This document shows, in pieces, positions 52,828-64,000 of a stretch of 64,000 bases of DNA. The notes under the pieces were generated by a model. The model saw only the letters and a list, made by a program, of their open reading frames with translations, was not told where the DNA came from and did no database searches. The position numbers and the translations under genes were made by a program. The first letter of the stretch is position 1, and each line of letters starts with the position of its first letter. Origin of the DNA: Mytilus californianus (lineage: Eukaryota); the NCBI RefSeq assembly GCF_021869535.1, contig NW_026262668.1, positions 123,442,001 to 123,506,000 of the forward strand, in the 5' to 3' direction.

Positions 52828-53186
52828 AAAAGCTTGATATAACTCTTAATTTCAGGATTGTAACATAAAAATATAATTATAAGAATTGACTGAGTCTTTT
52901 TATAATTTTGTAGGATGGGGATGTAAAAGCGGTGATCGTGCGCACATTTTTTAATATGAAATTAAGCGCATCTGCGCTTCGCACAACCTATGCTTCGGTT
53001 AACGCTTTTACACCCGAATTAAAGTAATTTTTATGGTACAACTATGAAATTAAATATAGCATAGTAGTTTCAGTTCTCAATATTTTGAAAGTTTTTGATA
53101 AGCTTTGTGTTCCGCTTACATATGTTTGTCTACTTTGTAAACCTAGACATATTTTTACATTTAGTATAGTACATAGTAAAACTTAC

Positions 53187-53469
53187 CGTAAATTTTACTC
53201 TCCGGTGACTTTTTACGTATTGTCACATCTAGTTCGTCCAACAGGCTATACAAACTGTCCTGATTTTCACCGTTAAATGTTACTTTAGTTTCTATTGTCA
53301 CCGATTTGTTCACAGAGAAAACCTGCACTGATTGTTGTATTCTCTCACTAACTAGATTTTTTACAAATTCCATATGATCAAACCCGGCGAATAAAAACAA
53401 AAGAACTAGACAACACACAACGAACAACAAAACCAGACATTTCTGAAATCTTTGGAACATTTGACTCAT
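53187..53469 (-). CDS. Dual SAM-methyltransferase / GT64 fusion protein, exon 1 (type II signal anchor plus stem)
   Basis: ATG at 53469 (cacaaccATGA). MSQMFQRFQK-CLVLLFVVCCLVLLFLFAGF = short basic tail plus hydrophobic anchor. Donor G|gtaagt at 53187/53186 is phase 1 and matches exon 2. Joined CDS 2697 nt = 898 aa. Confidence 0.82.
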
Positions 53470-55389
53470 GGTTGTGATTATTATGACAATGATATGAGAA
53501 CCATCAATAATATGTCCAAGTTATATATTTAGATATATCCACATGTACAGTTTTATATTGTGACAAGATAATCCATTTCCTTCTCTGTTGTATTTGAATC
53601 GATTAAATACCCTACAGGATGATAATGTAGTGGTCACTACAATACATGTAAAGTAAAATGGTCAGTATTACCTGTATATTTAATTGGAGAGCCTGGAGTT
53701 CAAGCATTCATTATATTAACAAGTCAGGTACATAATTTCTGTATAACTGTGACTGAATTAGCCGTTTTCAGAAATACATTTGAAAATACACGTCATAAAG
53801 AAATAATTAAGAAAGAGCTTTGGAATTTGATTTTTTTTAATAATCTGTGGTCATTCTGCTTTCAGTGATTTACAAATAATTATAAGATGGTGTGTATTTC
53901 ATATTTCTCACAACAATAGGCAAAATAGTGAAGAATACAATTAGACATATATGTAACTAGTAGATTTTTAATTTATATCTATAATGTACACTATATAGGT
54001 ACGTCGTCTTCTAAAATCTGTGCCGCCTGAAGTTTCTTGAAAATAGTATTGACCAAGGAATAATGGTTCCAAAAATACCCCATTCTACCTGATATCTCGA
54101 CATTCTGTTATTTTGATTTTCAAAATCTAAAGAAGATAGCAACACCACAATTAATAACATACGTTTTTTTTCTCGTAATTATGATTTATACCTCTATACA
54201 TGTTATTGCTTATTTGTATTTATTGCAGCAATTACATTCGTAAAATATTCATAAGACGAATTAATAATTACTAGTTGTAATGAACCAGGCGTCTTCCAGA
54301 CAGATGTTCACATTAGAAGACAAGACAAATACTTTAATAAAATGTCACCTCTATCGAAACTAATTATAAAGCATACAATATTATTACATAAAAGTGTATA
54401 ACACAGACGTGAACGAATATAAGTTATATTTACATAATGCAATATATATACGCATAAAACAAAGTATTTATATAGGGTGGTACTAATACTATAGGCCGGT
54501 TATTGTGTGAATATTGTGGACTATTGTTCCGAGTGGACTATTGTTCCGAGTAGATTCAGTTTTGATATAGAACGAACTTGCGAGTTCGGTATATAGTTTA
54601 CGAGGGAAGCAAGGCAAATGATTGTCGCTAGTGATGTCGATAATTTGAAGCTGTTCGCTCCTCTGTTTCAAAATAACTATCTATTTAAATGAATATTATA
54701 AATAGATAGAATATAAATAAGGGAATTTAAAAAGCAGAAAAGAAATGATAGGTCCTTGTCCTTGTTTTTTGAGATATAATCAATTGAAAATTTGGCGGGA
54801 ATTGATTCTCTTTGGACTTGTCAAACATATTAAATTGGCACCTTTTTCCTTTTAAAAACTATAAATAAATAACAAGGATCTTATAAGATTTTCAAAAATG
54901 TCTTATAATCAAAATTATGAAAAGAAAAGTAAGAGTAAGCGGGCAAAATTTTTTATTGACACATATTCTGGACATTTTTTTTCTGTCCCACCTTTACGGA
55001 ATTGCGTCACTGACTGTCTTTGTTTATTTTTCTTTAATGCTTTTTGTTCATTAAGACCTTTGCTGTTGGTTGTAATTTAATCTTTGGTAGTCTTTGTTTA
55101 AATCATTTTCAAGCTTGTAGTGGTATAGGACCATTTACAGTTGGACCTTATAAGGTAGAGAGACCTTGTGCATGTTGACCTCTTATACTATAATATACGA
55201 ACCAGACCTAGCTCATTTCAAAGGTGTTGACCGAGGCTATTCACCACTTAAATATTTTTCTAGGATCCGGTCTGGTCTGGACACAACAGTTTTAGTAATA
55301 TGTCAATTATTTGTACTTGCACATTTGACAAGGACAATTTCAGTTTTAGATTAATAAATAGGTAATGTCGCATGCCGTACAAAATAGTC

Positions 55390-57054
55390 CACGATGTTGG
55401 TACGAATTCAATTTTGCTATAGATTAGCATAAAAATAAATACGTAGATTGGTCAGTTCGATAAAAATATAGTGATTTCTGATTGAATTCATTACATTAGA
55501 CTTGAAATTAAAGAAAAAAAGGAACCGAAATTTAAAATACCAGGAATTATAACACTTAATTATCCCATTTTTACGCAAAAACGTAATGTCCAACGTTTCA
55601 TTTTGTGTGCAAAAGATCAGAGTTCCGTTTCTTTCAAACGGTATTTCTTCTCCGATCATCGTAAAACTTCACAAGAGTATTGCTATTGTTATAGATATTC
55701 GCGTGTTAAAGCAAAATCAATATCACTGAAACCGTAATCCGGAAAATGTTATTTTTTAAAACGGTCTGAAAAATGTCCAAGCATATGCAAGGTAAGTATA
55801 TTTCGGGTTTGCGCATTTATACTGTGAAATTGAAAAAGCTGACAGGAAAAATATTTATTATATTTTGAAAGTTTTTTTACTTTTCTCCTGGTTTATGATA
55901 TTTTTTTGCCGGAAACCATGCGTATAGTTTCTATTGCAATGACTTCAAAAAGTATAGCCATCTTGTCCCAACGAAAAAAAACGCTGCATTTTCTTTAAAA
56001 TTGAGGTTTTAACCAGCTGTCTATCAAATAAGCATAGTTAGATCATAGAAAATAAAACTTGGCGGTAAAGGTTTTTTTGTTTTTCTTTTTAAACAATATA
56101 GTGTTTAATATTTTTTCTTTGGGCAATAAGGTTTTAAGTTCGTTTCAAAAAGTATAGCCGTTTTGTCCCAACGTTCGCAAAACGTAATTGATGTCATGTT
56201 CGGGTTTTTAATTTTATATCGTAATTATTTGTTTCCAGTTTAATTCGAATAAAAATAAAAATAAATGTATAATTTACAATACAACCAATGTATGAAAAAG
56301 GAGTAGTTTAAGTTTAAATTCAAATATTGACCAAATGAGATTGATATAAAAAAAATATCGGGATCTTAGTTTTTTTTATAGCATATTTGTTTTATACAAG
56401 AAACATTGTCTATCTGCAAGTGTTAAATCGTCAAAAGTAACATGTATAATTTTTTTTATAAAATAAAAGAGAGAAAAACCATTGCTGGCAATTATAACAA
56501 ACAAAGGATATGCATAAGCCACAAAAAAAAACGGAATTGAGAAATGAATCTCGAATGTTTAACTTCCTAGATATTTTGCGACAAAGAAAGCATCGGGAAA
56601 TGATAAAGTATAGAAAGGAAACGGAAACGGAAACGGGAAGAAATGCAACAACAGGAGTATGTACAAATGTATAAATATGCAAAAAATAGGAGAATATTTA
56701 TTCAAAATCTAATTTATATTAAAAATAAATCTGTGTAAATTTGGAAATTAATGTATCAGATTCATTAATGCGAACTGCTGCCGAAAGGAAAATTATCAAT
56801 TATGGCCTGGAAAGACTGACAACTCCTGTAAATGAATATTCATTTAAAAAAAATATCTATACGACCGCTTTGAGTTTTATTTGTAAAATTATGCATTTTT
56901 TCAGACAAACCGAAATCAGGTACCAAATTCACAACTGTTACAGTAAATTGACCTCATCAATAATATGCTTGAACGCCTGAAACTTTCTTTGAAATCGTCG
57001 AAATCGCCTTATTTTAAGGAACGTCGTGAAACGCTAAGTAGTACCAACATCGTG
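55390..57054. mobile_element. Putative non-autonomous TIR element (~1.67 kb)
   Basis: Perfect 14-bp inverted repeats cacgatgttggtac (55390-55403) and gtaccaacatcgtg (57041-57054). A related end (ccaatatcgtgcgcaacgtca) occurs at ~2473. No TSD found. Confidence 0.4.
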
Positions 57055-58185
57055 CGCAACGTCACTAGAAGTAAGTATGTTTTATAGACATAGAGAATTT
57101 TCTTTCATCCACTCTTGTATAGTTAATACACACAAAAAAATCAGTGAAACATTTTCATGGATAAGTTTAGTATTTTGATTTTTCCCTACTTTTGAGGTGA
57201 TTTTTTTAAGGAACATTCTGCTTAACATTAATTCTACAAAAACGCTTTATATATATTTGGGGTTCCTCACTTTACTATGTATCTAACTTAGCTGATTAAC
57301 TTTATTCCAGAAACGAGTGTTTTGCGCACTAAAATGGGGGGAGGAGGGTTTTGAAAATGAATATCCTGGTCTGGTAGGATCTAAAAAAATAACCTTGCAG
57401 ATGAAAATGAAGTGTACTTTTCTGTCACACAAAAACTGTCACAATTCAAGAATGTAATTTAATTTTCGCGCAGAAAAAAATAAGCATGCGTAGCAACAGA
57501 TGAAAATAAATAATCAATCCGCAAAAAATCTCCCCCTTCAAGAATATCAAATGGTCGTTCCCTTACCACCATTGTTTGGATCCACTGCAAGCTAATGGTC
57601 TTTTGATCCCAAGGTGGTAATCGCCGCTTTGGAATGACAAGTTTATAGTTTTTGTTATTGTGCTTTTCAAACATTGCAGAAAAATTCCTGGTCTTATTTA
57701 TGCGCGCTGTTAACATATGGTCTAAAGCACACAAGTAGCATGCGCATGTCTAAATAGGTATTTGTTCATTGTTGAAGATCGGTGTTTTTAGACCCGGATT
57801 TTTCAATTTCTTTTGATATGCAGGAATGATAAACATTTTTTTTCCAAATACCAGACGAGTGTAACAAGCTTCCTACGCAATTTTCTCTGTAGATAATGAA
57901 AAAAAAGACAATATGAATTTTCAAATATATTTCAAAAAAAGCAAACAAAGCACAACTAACAATTTGTTTTAAATAATTCTATAAACTAAAAGAACTTTAA
58001 AGTAAATAACACATCATAACTTGGAATCTCTCTTGGTTTCGTTTCGCGAAATATATTGTTTTTCAGCTAATATGCAGTTCAGTTGAATCAGATGAAATTA
58101 CCGATTGTAATATTTCCTACAATGCTCACACCCTATTACCGACTAAGGATACGATATATACAATAGGATCTGTGTTCCCGACCCG

Positions 58186-58440
58186 GCTATCGTGCACAGC
58201 AGATTTTTGTCTCCTCCCGGTTGTCATTACAATACAATGGATTTTGTTATCGTGCACAGCAGATTTTTGTCTCCTCCCGATTGACATTACAATACAATGG
58301 ATTTTGCTATCGTGCACAGCAGATTTTTGTCTCCTCCCGATTGACATTACAATATAATGGATTTTGCTATCGTGCACAGCAGATTTTTGTCTCCTCTCGA
58401 TTGTCATTGCAATACAATGGATTTTGCTATCGTGTACAAC
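58186..58440. repeat. 60-bp tandem repeat x4
   Basis: agatttttgtctcctccc...atcgtgcacagc at 58201, 58261, 58321 and 58381. Confidence 0.93.
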
Positions 58441-60074
58441 GTATTTTCTCTATTGCATCTGCCGTAGCGACAGTCGGTAATAGGATGTGGTAATGGCTTG
58501 TTCAACTTAAACGGCTTCAATGAGGATAAACTAAATCGTACAATTGTTTGTATTTGCCTTTATACCGTTTAATCTTATGGGGTGCTTTTGAAGAAAAGAC
58601 AATTTCTATCCTGGTATTTAATTCCCAAAGTACTTCATATCCATTGTATAGGATATATTCTTATTTTGTTTATATCCGGATTAGTGTCCGCATTTTCAGA
58701 TTTGGAATAAATATCACTTGTATTTATTATATTTCTATGTGGCAAAAATATTTTTCACAAATCTCTTACGGTGGACCCCTGCAAACATATTTAGCCCGAT
58801 GCATTCTGTATGTGCCTGTTCCAAGTCAGGAGCCTGTAATGCAGTGGTTGTCGTTTGTTTTTCATTTATTGTTTTGTACATAAATCAGCCCGTTAGTTTT
58901 CTCGTTTGAAATGTTTTTCATTTGTCATGTCGGGCCTTTTATAGAAGAGGGACGAAAGATACCAGAGGGACAGTCAAACTCATAGATCGAAAACAAACTG
59001 ACAACGCCTATAGCTTTCTATGCACAGAGACATGTTTAGTGAAGTATAAGTCTCTGCTACGCGGTATGGGTTTTTCTATTTGTTAAAGACTGTACGGTAA
59101 CCTATAGTTGCTAACTTTTATGTCATTTGGACTCTGGTGAAAATTAAGTTAATTTGTCTCATTTGCAATCATACCACATCTTCTTATTTTTCTATTAGAC
59201 ATGAATTTACTGTATTGTCTATACTGTAGAATCTCTCTATATCAAAACTTACAAGTGATTATCTGCAATCCAAGTGTTTAATATAAAGTAAAAGGGAATC
59301 TAGCGTTCTCTTTGTGATATACAAAAAAATGGAGGTTTGGATATCCAAAAAATCTGATTGTAAAAAGTCAGACTTTCTATACAATTGCATTAACAGTGGA
59401 GGAATCAGGGGTGGCTAAGAGGGGAACGCGACCCCTTTTTTGATCGAAAAAATATCATTGTTTTGCTAAAAATTGTCAAAAAAAAAAATCCCTATCTGTA
59501 CCATTTTAGACAATTACGCTCTCCCTGTTTTCCTGGATCACCCCATCAATGATGACAACTGATATGATTTATATAATTCCTTTACTAAATACCTTTCAAT
59601 CCAACATTACGTTTTGAAAATGTCATGAGTTCTGTATCAATTATAATTAATAAGAAAATAATACAAGGCTGATTGTTCTCGACTCATCTTATAAGTCTTT
59701 TACGGGTTATTTTGAAAAGAAATTAAATTGTAATAGCAATACCCAAAGACAATGTTCTCAAATATCAAAATATCAAAAAAATCAAGAGTCTATCCGAATT
59801 ATTTTTGCAAAGAATTCCGCTGAAGCCGGTGCTAGGGGCCGTCTTAAACTTGCAGTGAGATGAGAGTTTTTCTGCTCCGTGTTGACGGCCTCATTGTGAC
59901 TTTGAGATGAAGAACAGCAATAAAAGCGCTGTTCCTTTGCTTTTTGTGTATGTGTGTGTGTTTTTGTTTTTGTTTTTGCTGTGCATGTACTGATTATGTG
60001 TCATGGATGGATTCCCCATATCCTTTGTTTTTCTTTTCTATTAAAATTCATTATACTTTAAATTTGAGTGTTGC

Positions 60075-60500
60075 GTGCTGGTATTCTATAACATATTCTA
60101 GGTACAATTGATTGAAAGTGAAAATGACAAATATATTCGGATTCCACACATTATCTACACAGGAGTAAAAAAGTTCGAAGGGGTCAGACGGGTTCCTTGA
60201 AGGAGGACGAACAAACTACGTTTCTCCAAGGGTATATTCTCCAGCTAATACTCGAACAAGAAACGCGTTTTTTTCTTCCAAAATACGTGTAACTGTCGGC
60301 AGTTTGAGCCATTTTCGCAAAATAACTGCCTTTGTCATATTTATAACCTGTTTTACTACCACTAATCCGGAAGTCGAAGCCTTGGCGACATATTGCATCA
60401 ACTATATCTTCATTGGTACCATGAAATAGTTGTAGATCCATTAATTACATTACCACCAACTGTTTTCTTCCTATTCATTTTTTTTTCTCTTTTACTGCAA
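60075..60500 (-). pseudogene. Orphan, disrupted terminal exon of a PARP12/TIPARP-like mono-ADP-ribosyltransferase
   Basis: LQLFHGTNEDIVDAICRQGFDFRISG...YDKGSYFA...ADSYT /frameshift/ FLVRVLAGEYTLGET*FVRPPS...SCVDNVWNPNIFVIF..NQLYLEYVIEY. Confidence 0.85.
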
Positions 60501-61926
60501 AAATCCAATTTATGCATTATTACAAAAGAATTGAGGATTTTTATTTCTACCACTAGATCTCTATCTAGTTTTAAGTAGAAAATATTTGTAAATAATTTTC
60601 CATTTTACAGTGTTGTTATTAAATATGATATCAAGAATTGGATTCTTAGAATGTTACATGCGGACTGGATCGATCTAGTTTTTCGTCCCCGGAAAAATTG
60701 GCATGTAATTGGAAGAAAACCAGGATCAGGTATATCCCCCCCCCCCTTTCCTAGTAGCAGGAGAAGCTTATTTCCCCTTGTAAATGTGCAATGACTGGTG
60801 GACACGTAGACAAACTGGAGAATATGTAGACAGACTAGTAAACATGCCGACAGACTGGTGGACATATAGACAGACAGACTGGTGAACATGATGAATGAAT
60901 GGTGGACACGTAGAAAGACTGGCGAACATGTAGACAGACAAATTTATTTCAAAAGTTTCCAAATCTGAAAAACATAAATTTAGAAAATCTTTCTATCTGG
61001 ATCATGACAAATGAAGATTTAGATTTTGATACAGTTTTTAGTCTGTATCTGAATAAAATTTTCCAGATGAGACAGGGAAAAAGAGACACAAGTAAGGAAA
61101 ACAAATGGAGTTATCCCTCTTTGCACTGGCTCTCTCCCCTCATGTATCCTGTTTCCATATTTGTTCTTAATCAATTTTAATCATTAACAATTAGTATGTA
61201 TGTAAGATTGCATGTGTTGTTTGTGTGGTTATTGTATAAACTTTGTGATTTGTATTGCTTTATATGCTCTATATGGGCCCTTTAATAGACCACTTTCGAG
61301 TTCGTTATAAAGGAATAAATACATTTGATTTGATTTGATAAATATTGGGTTATCTTTCTTTTAACATGGATATTGCCATCTACAAAATAGATATTTTATT
61401 AGTTACAATAAATAAATTATAGACCAAAAAGGATTGTTTATATACTTTAATATTTTGACTTAGTGTGGATTGGCATGGCGGGTAATGAATGCGTAGCATG
61501 AAAGCTTACCGTGTCGATTCACCCAATCTCGCATCTTTTGGAGTTAATTCGATTTCCTCAGTTTTTGTTTGTTACGTTGCTTGTGTGTTCATAATTGATT
61601 AATTAGATATGAACATCGGTAAACTACCATTTCCTAAATTTCTAGAAACCTTACAAATTATTTGCTATTTTTTTTATTTTAGTACTATGCAATCTTTTGA
61701 TATATGAAAAAAGACATTATCCAATAAACCATTTTGACAACGTATGAATATGATTATACACCAAATTCAGTCCTACAATTGTAACCGAAAAAAAAACAGT
61801 ACAATGATTAAGAAAACCCTGTCAAACTTTAAACATTGTACAAAAATAAATCATTCTCCCAAAGTTGGGATTTGAATTGATCAGCTGACTAATGTTATAC
61901 TGACTCGGCGTCGGAACTACTACTTA

Positions 61927-62080
61927 ATTACCATCGCCTGATATTCTTGTTCCACTAAATAACCATCGCCTGATGTACTTGTTCCACTAAATTACCATCG
62001 CCTGATATTCTTGTTCCACTAAATTACCATCGCCTGATGTACTTGTTCCACGAAATTACCTTCGCCTGATATTCTTGTTA
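61927..62080. repeat. 32-bp tandem repeat x~5
   Basis: attaccatcgcctgat(a/g)t(t/a)cttgttccactaa. Period 32 at 61931/61963. Confidence 0.9.
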
Positions 62081-62696
62081 CAAGTTTTAATATGAGCAAT
62101 ACTTGTCTCTTCACATGAAAACTCGGCAAAGTTTATTTGTATTCGCCTTGTTAAAATGTGAGTTTTTAACTTTTTTTATTTGGGCGTCACTGATGAGTCT
62201 TTTGTAGACCAAATGCTGGTCTAGTGAACATAATGTTAAGTCTGGAATCATTGATGAGTTTTTTTACGAAAATAGTCCAAATCAATGCCTCAGCATAATC
62301 AAACCCATATTTAAAACTTTAATATTCATTTCTTAATAATACAACTTGTCAATTGCTTATATTTTGAAACAATGTATGGTTGTTCTCTATATACTGCATA
62401 AATCTAGATTTTAATTTCTTCATTATTATTGTAGGTCTAAGTAATAAATTGCAAAGACCAAGTCAAGAAAATTTACTTAGAGTTTTGAAGTCTGTTACAT
62501 CTGCAAGAGATATCAATGTTTGTCCTACTGACCTGGGTATAGAAGAATAAATAACATCAGCATGTAAAGCAGGAAATATGTTGTTATTGTTTTTGTACAG
62601 CACCAATGCTTTTTAAAATCCTATAATTTATTTCATTATTTTCATTTTACATAATTGATATTCGTGAAAGAATAAGTATAGCATTCATGTATTGCG

Positions 62697-62862
62697 TTCG
62701 GATCATGAAAGATCTGGTATCGGATCATGAAATATTTGGTATCGGATCATAAAAGATCTGGTATCGGATCATGAAAGATCTGATATCGGATCATGAACGA
62801 TCTGGTATCGGATCATGAACGATCTGGTACCGGATCATGAAAGATCTTGTATCGGATCGTGA
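62697..62862. repeat. 22-bp tandem repeat x~7
   Basis: tcggatcatgaaagatctggta. gatcat at 62701, 62723 and 62745. Confidence 0.9.
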
Positions 62863-64000
62863 ATACAGTTAAATATAATATTCAACTTCAAAATCTGTGA
62901 AAAATCTGTTGTATTGACGAATGGTTGAACAAATCAGAAACATAAATATGTATGTCAAAATGATTTTTATTCCTCAATAATACTGTGAACTAATGTGACG
63001 AAAAAAATTAAGTGTCTTCATACATGCCTCGAATACGATATGTCGTTGTTCCGATCCACGGCTTGGTCTGTTAATTAATTACCAATGGTTTTCTTTTCCA
63101 AATCGTTCCAAATACCATTCTATTATGGTTGCTCTTGGTGTGTATCTTCAAAATACATTTACTCAAAAAATTTAACGCTAAACCGTCAGCACTGAGAATT
63201 AAGAGAAAGAACTGACTGGCTCCGAGTCAGAACTATATGTTCGGATACAAATCATATGTTAAATACCTTTTGAGCTCGACCGTAAATAACCCAGCTGGGC
63301 GAACCTGTCTACCACAATTAAGGTATGACTCCCATCATATCTCATCATTTAATTTTTCAACCGCTTCTATATATCTTGCAGGCACTTTCTGAATTCTAAA
63401 ATGCCTGAAAACTTTAGGTATTTTATGAAATGCTTATGTTAGGGGAGGGTTGGCGCCTTCAAACTAGTTTAACCCCGCCAAATTCTATATTTGCCTGTCC
63501 CAAGTCATGCAGGAGCCTGTAATTGAGTGGTTGTCGTTTTTTGCTGTTTCTCATATTTGTTTTTCGTTTATTGTTTGCATAGTTTATTCTTGTGTTGTGT
63601 CGTTACACCACTGCCCCAGGTTAGTGGGGAGGCTTTGGCGCCAACAAACTAGTTTAACCCCGCCACATTCTGTATGTGCCTGTCCCAAGTCAGGAGACTG
63701 TAATTCAGTGGTTGTCGTTTGTTGCTGTATATCATATTTGTTTTTCGTTCATTATATTGTACATAAATCAGGCCGTTAGTTTTCTCGTTTGAATAGTTTT
63801 ACAGTTGTTATCTTGGGGCCTTGTATAGCTGACTATGCTGTATGGGTCTTACCCATTGTTGAAGGCCATACGGTGACCTATAGTTGTTAATTTCTGTGTC
63901 TTTTGGTCTCTTGTGGAGAGTTGTCTCATTGGCAATCATACCTCATCTTCTTATTTTTAAATGTCTGAAATTATTTTATAGAATGAAAGAGTTAGTGCAT

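Noticed and set aside
44600-57100. Giant Academ element enclosing the whole MTase-GT64 gene
   Set aside because: No convincing copy of the tggaccga.atacctcacggct TIR on either side. Only a weak partial match at ~44680.
58126-58493. Overlapping short ORFs with repeated peptides
   Set aside because: Products of the 60-bp tandem repeat.
3161-62862. Tandem arrays as possible CRISPR loci
   Set aside because: Units are contiguous without unique spacers, no cas genes are present, and the DNA is eukaryotic.

Overview
AT-rich, repeat-dense eukaryotic (intron-containing) genomic DNA. The repeat families and the kringle/LDLa/C-type-lectin gene content suggest a bivalve mollusc, probably Mytilus; this is an inference from recalled repeat families, not a database result. 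Spliced genes reconstructed by hand from GT-AG sites and exon phases: (1) a + strand kringle-LDLa-kringle-Thr-rich-TM surface protein (6551-17792; 5' exons not found); (2) a - strand type I membrane C-type lectin (5 exons, 34898-24960, 271 aa); (3) a partial + strand TMIE-like gene (39907-41102); (4) a - strand two-exon gene (53469-53187 + 48630-46217, 898 aa) encoding a type II signal anchor, two class I SAM methyltransferase domains and a C-terminal GT64 (EXTL2-like) glycosyltransferase. Gene 4 is the main candidate for a novel system: a possible glycan build-and-methylate enzyme. The window also holds an orphan PARP pseudo-exon, a 4.4-kb AcademX-like DNA transposon with intact TIRs, a deleted LTR element, Penelope-like and L2/CR1-like RT fragments, MITEs, tRNA-derived repeats and many minisatellites. 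A ~0.8-kb segment homologous to the interior of the Academ copy starts 1 nt after the stop codon of gene 4. No CRISPR array, rRNA or convincing tRNA gene was seen.
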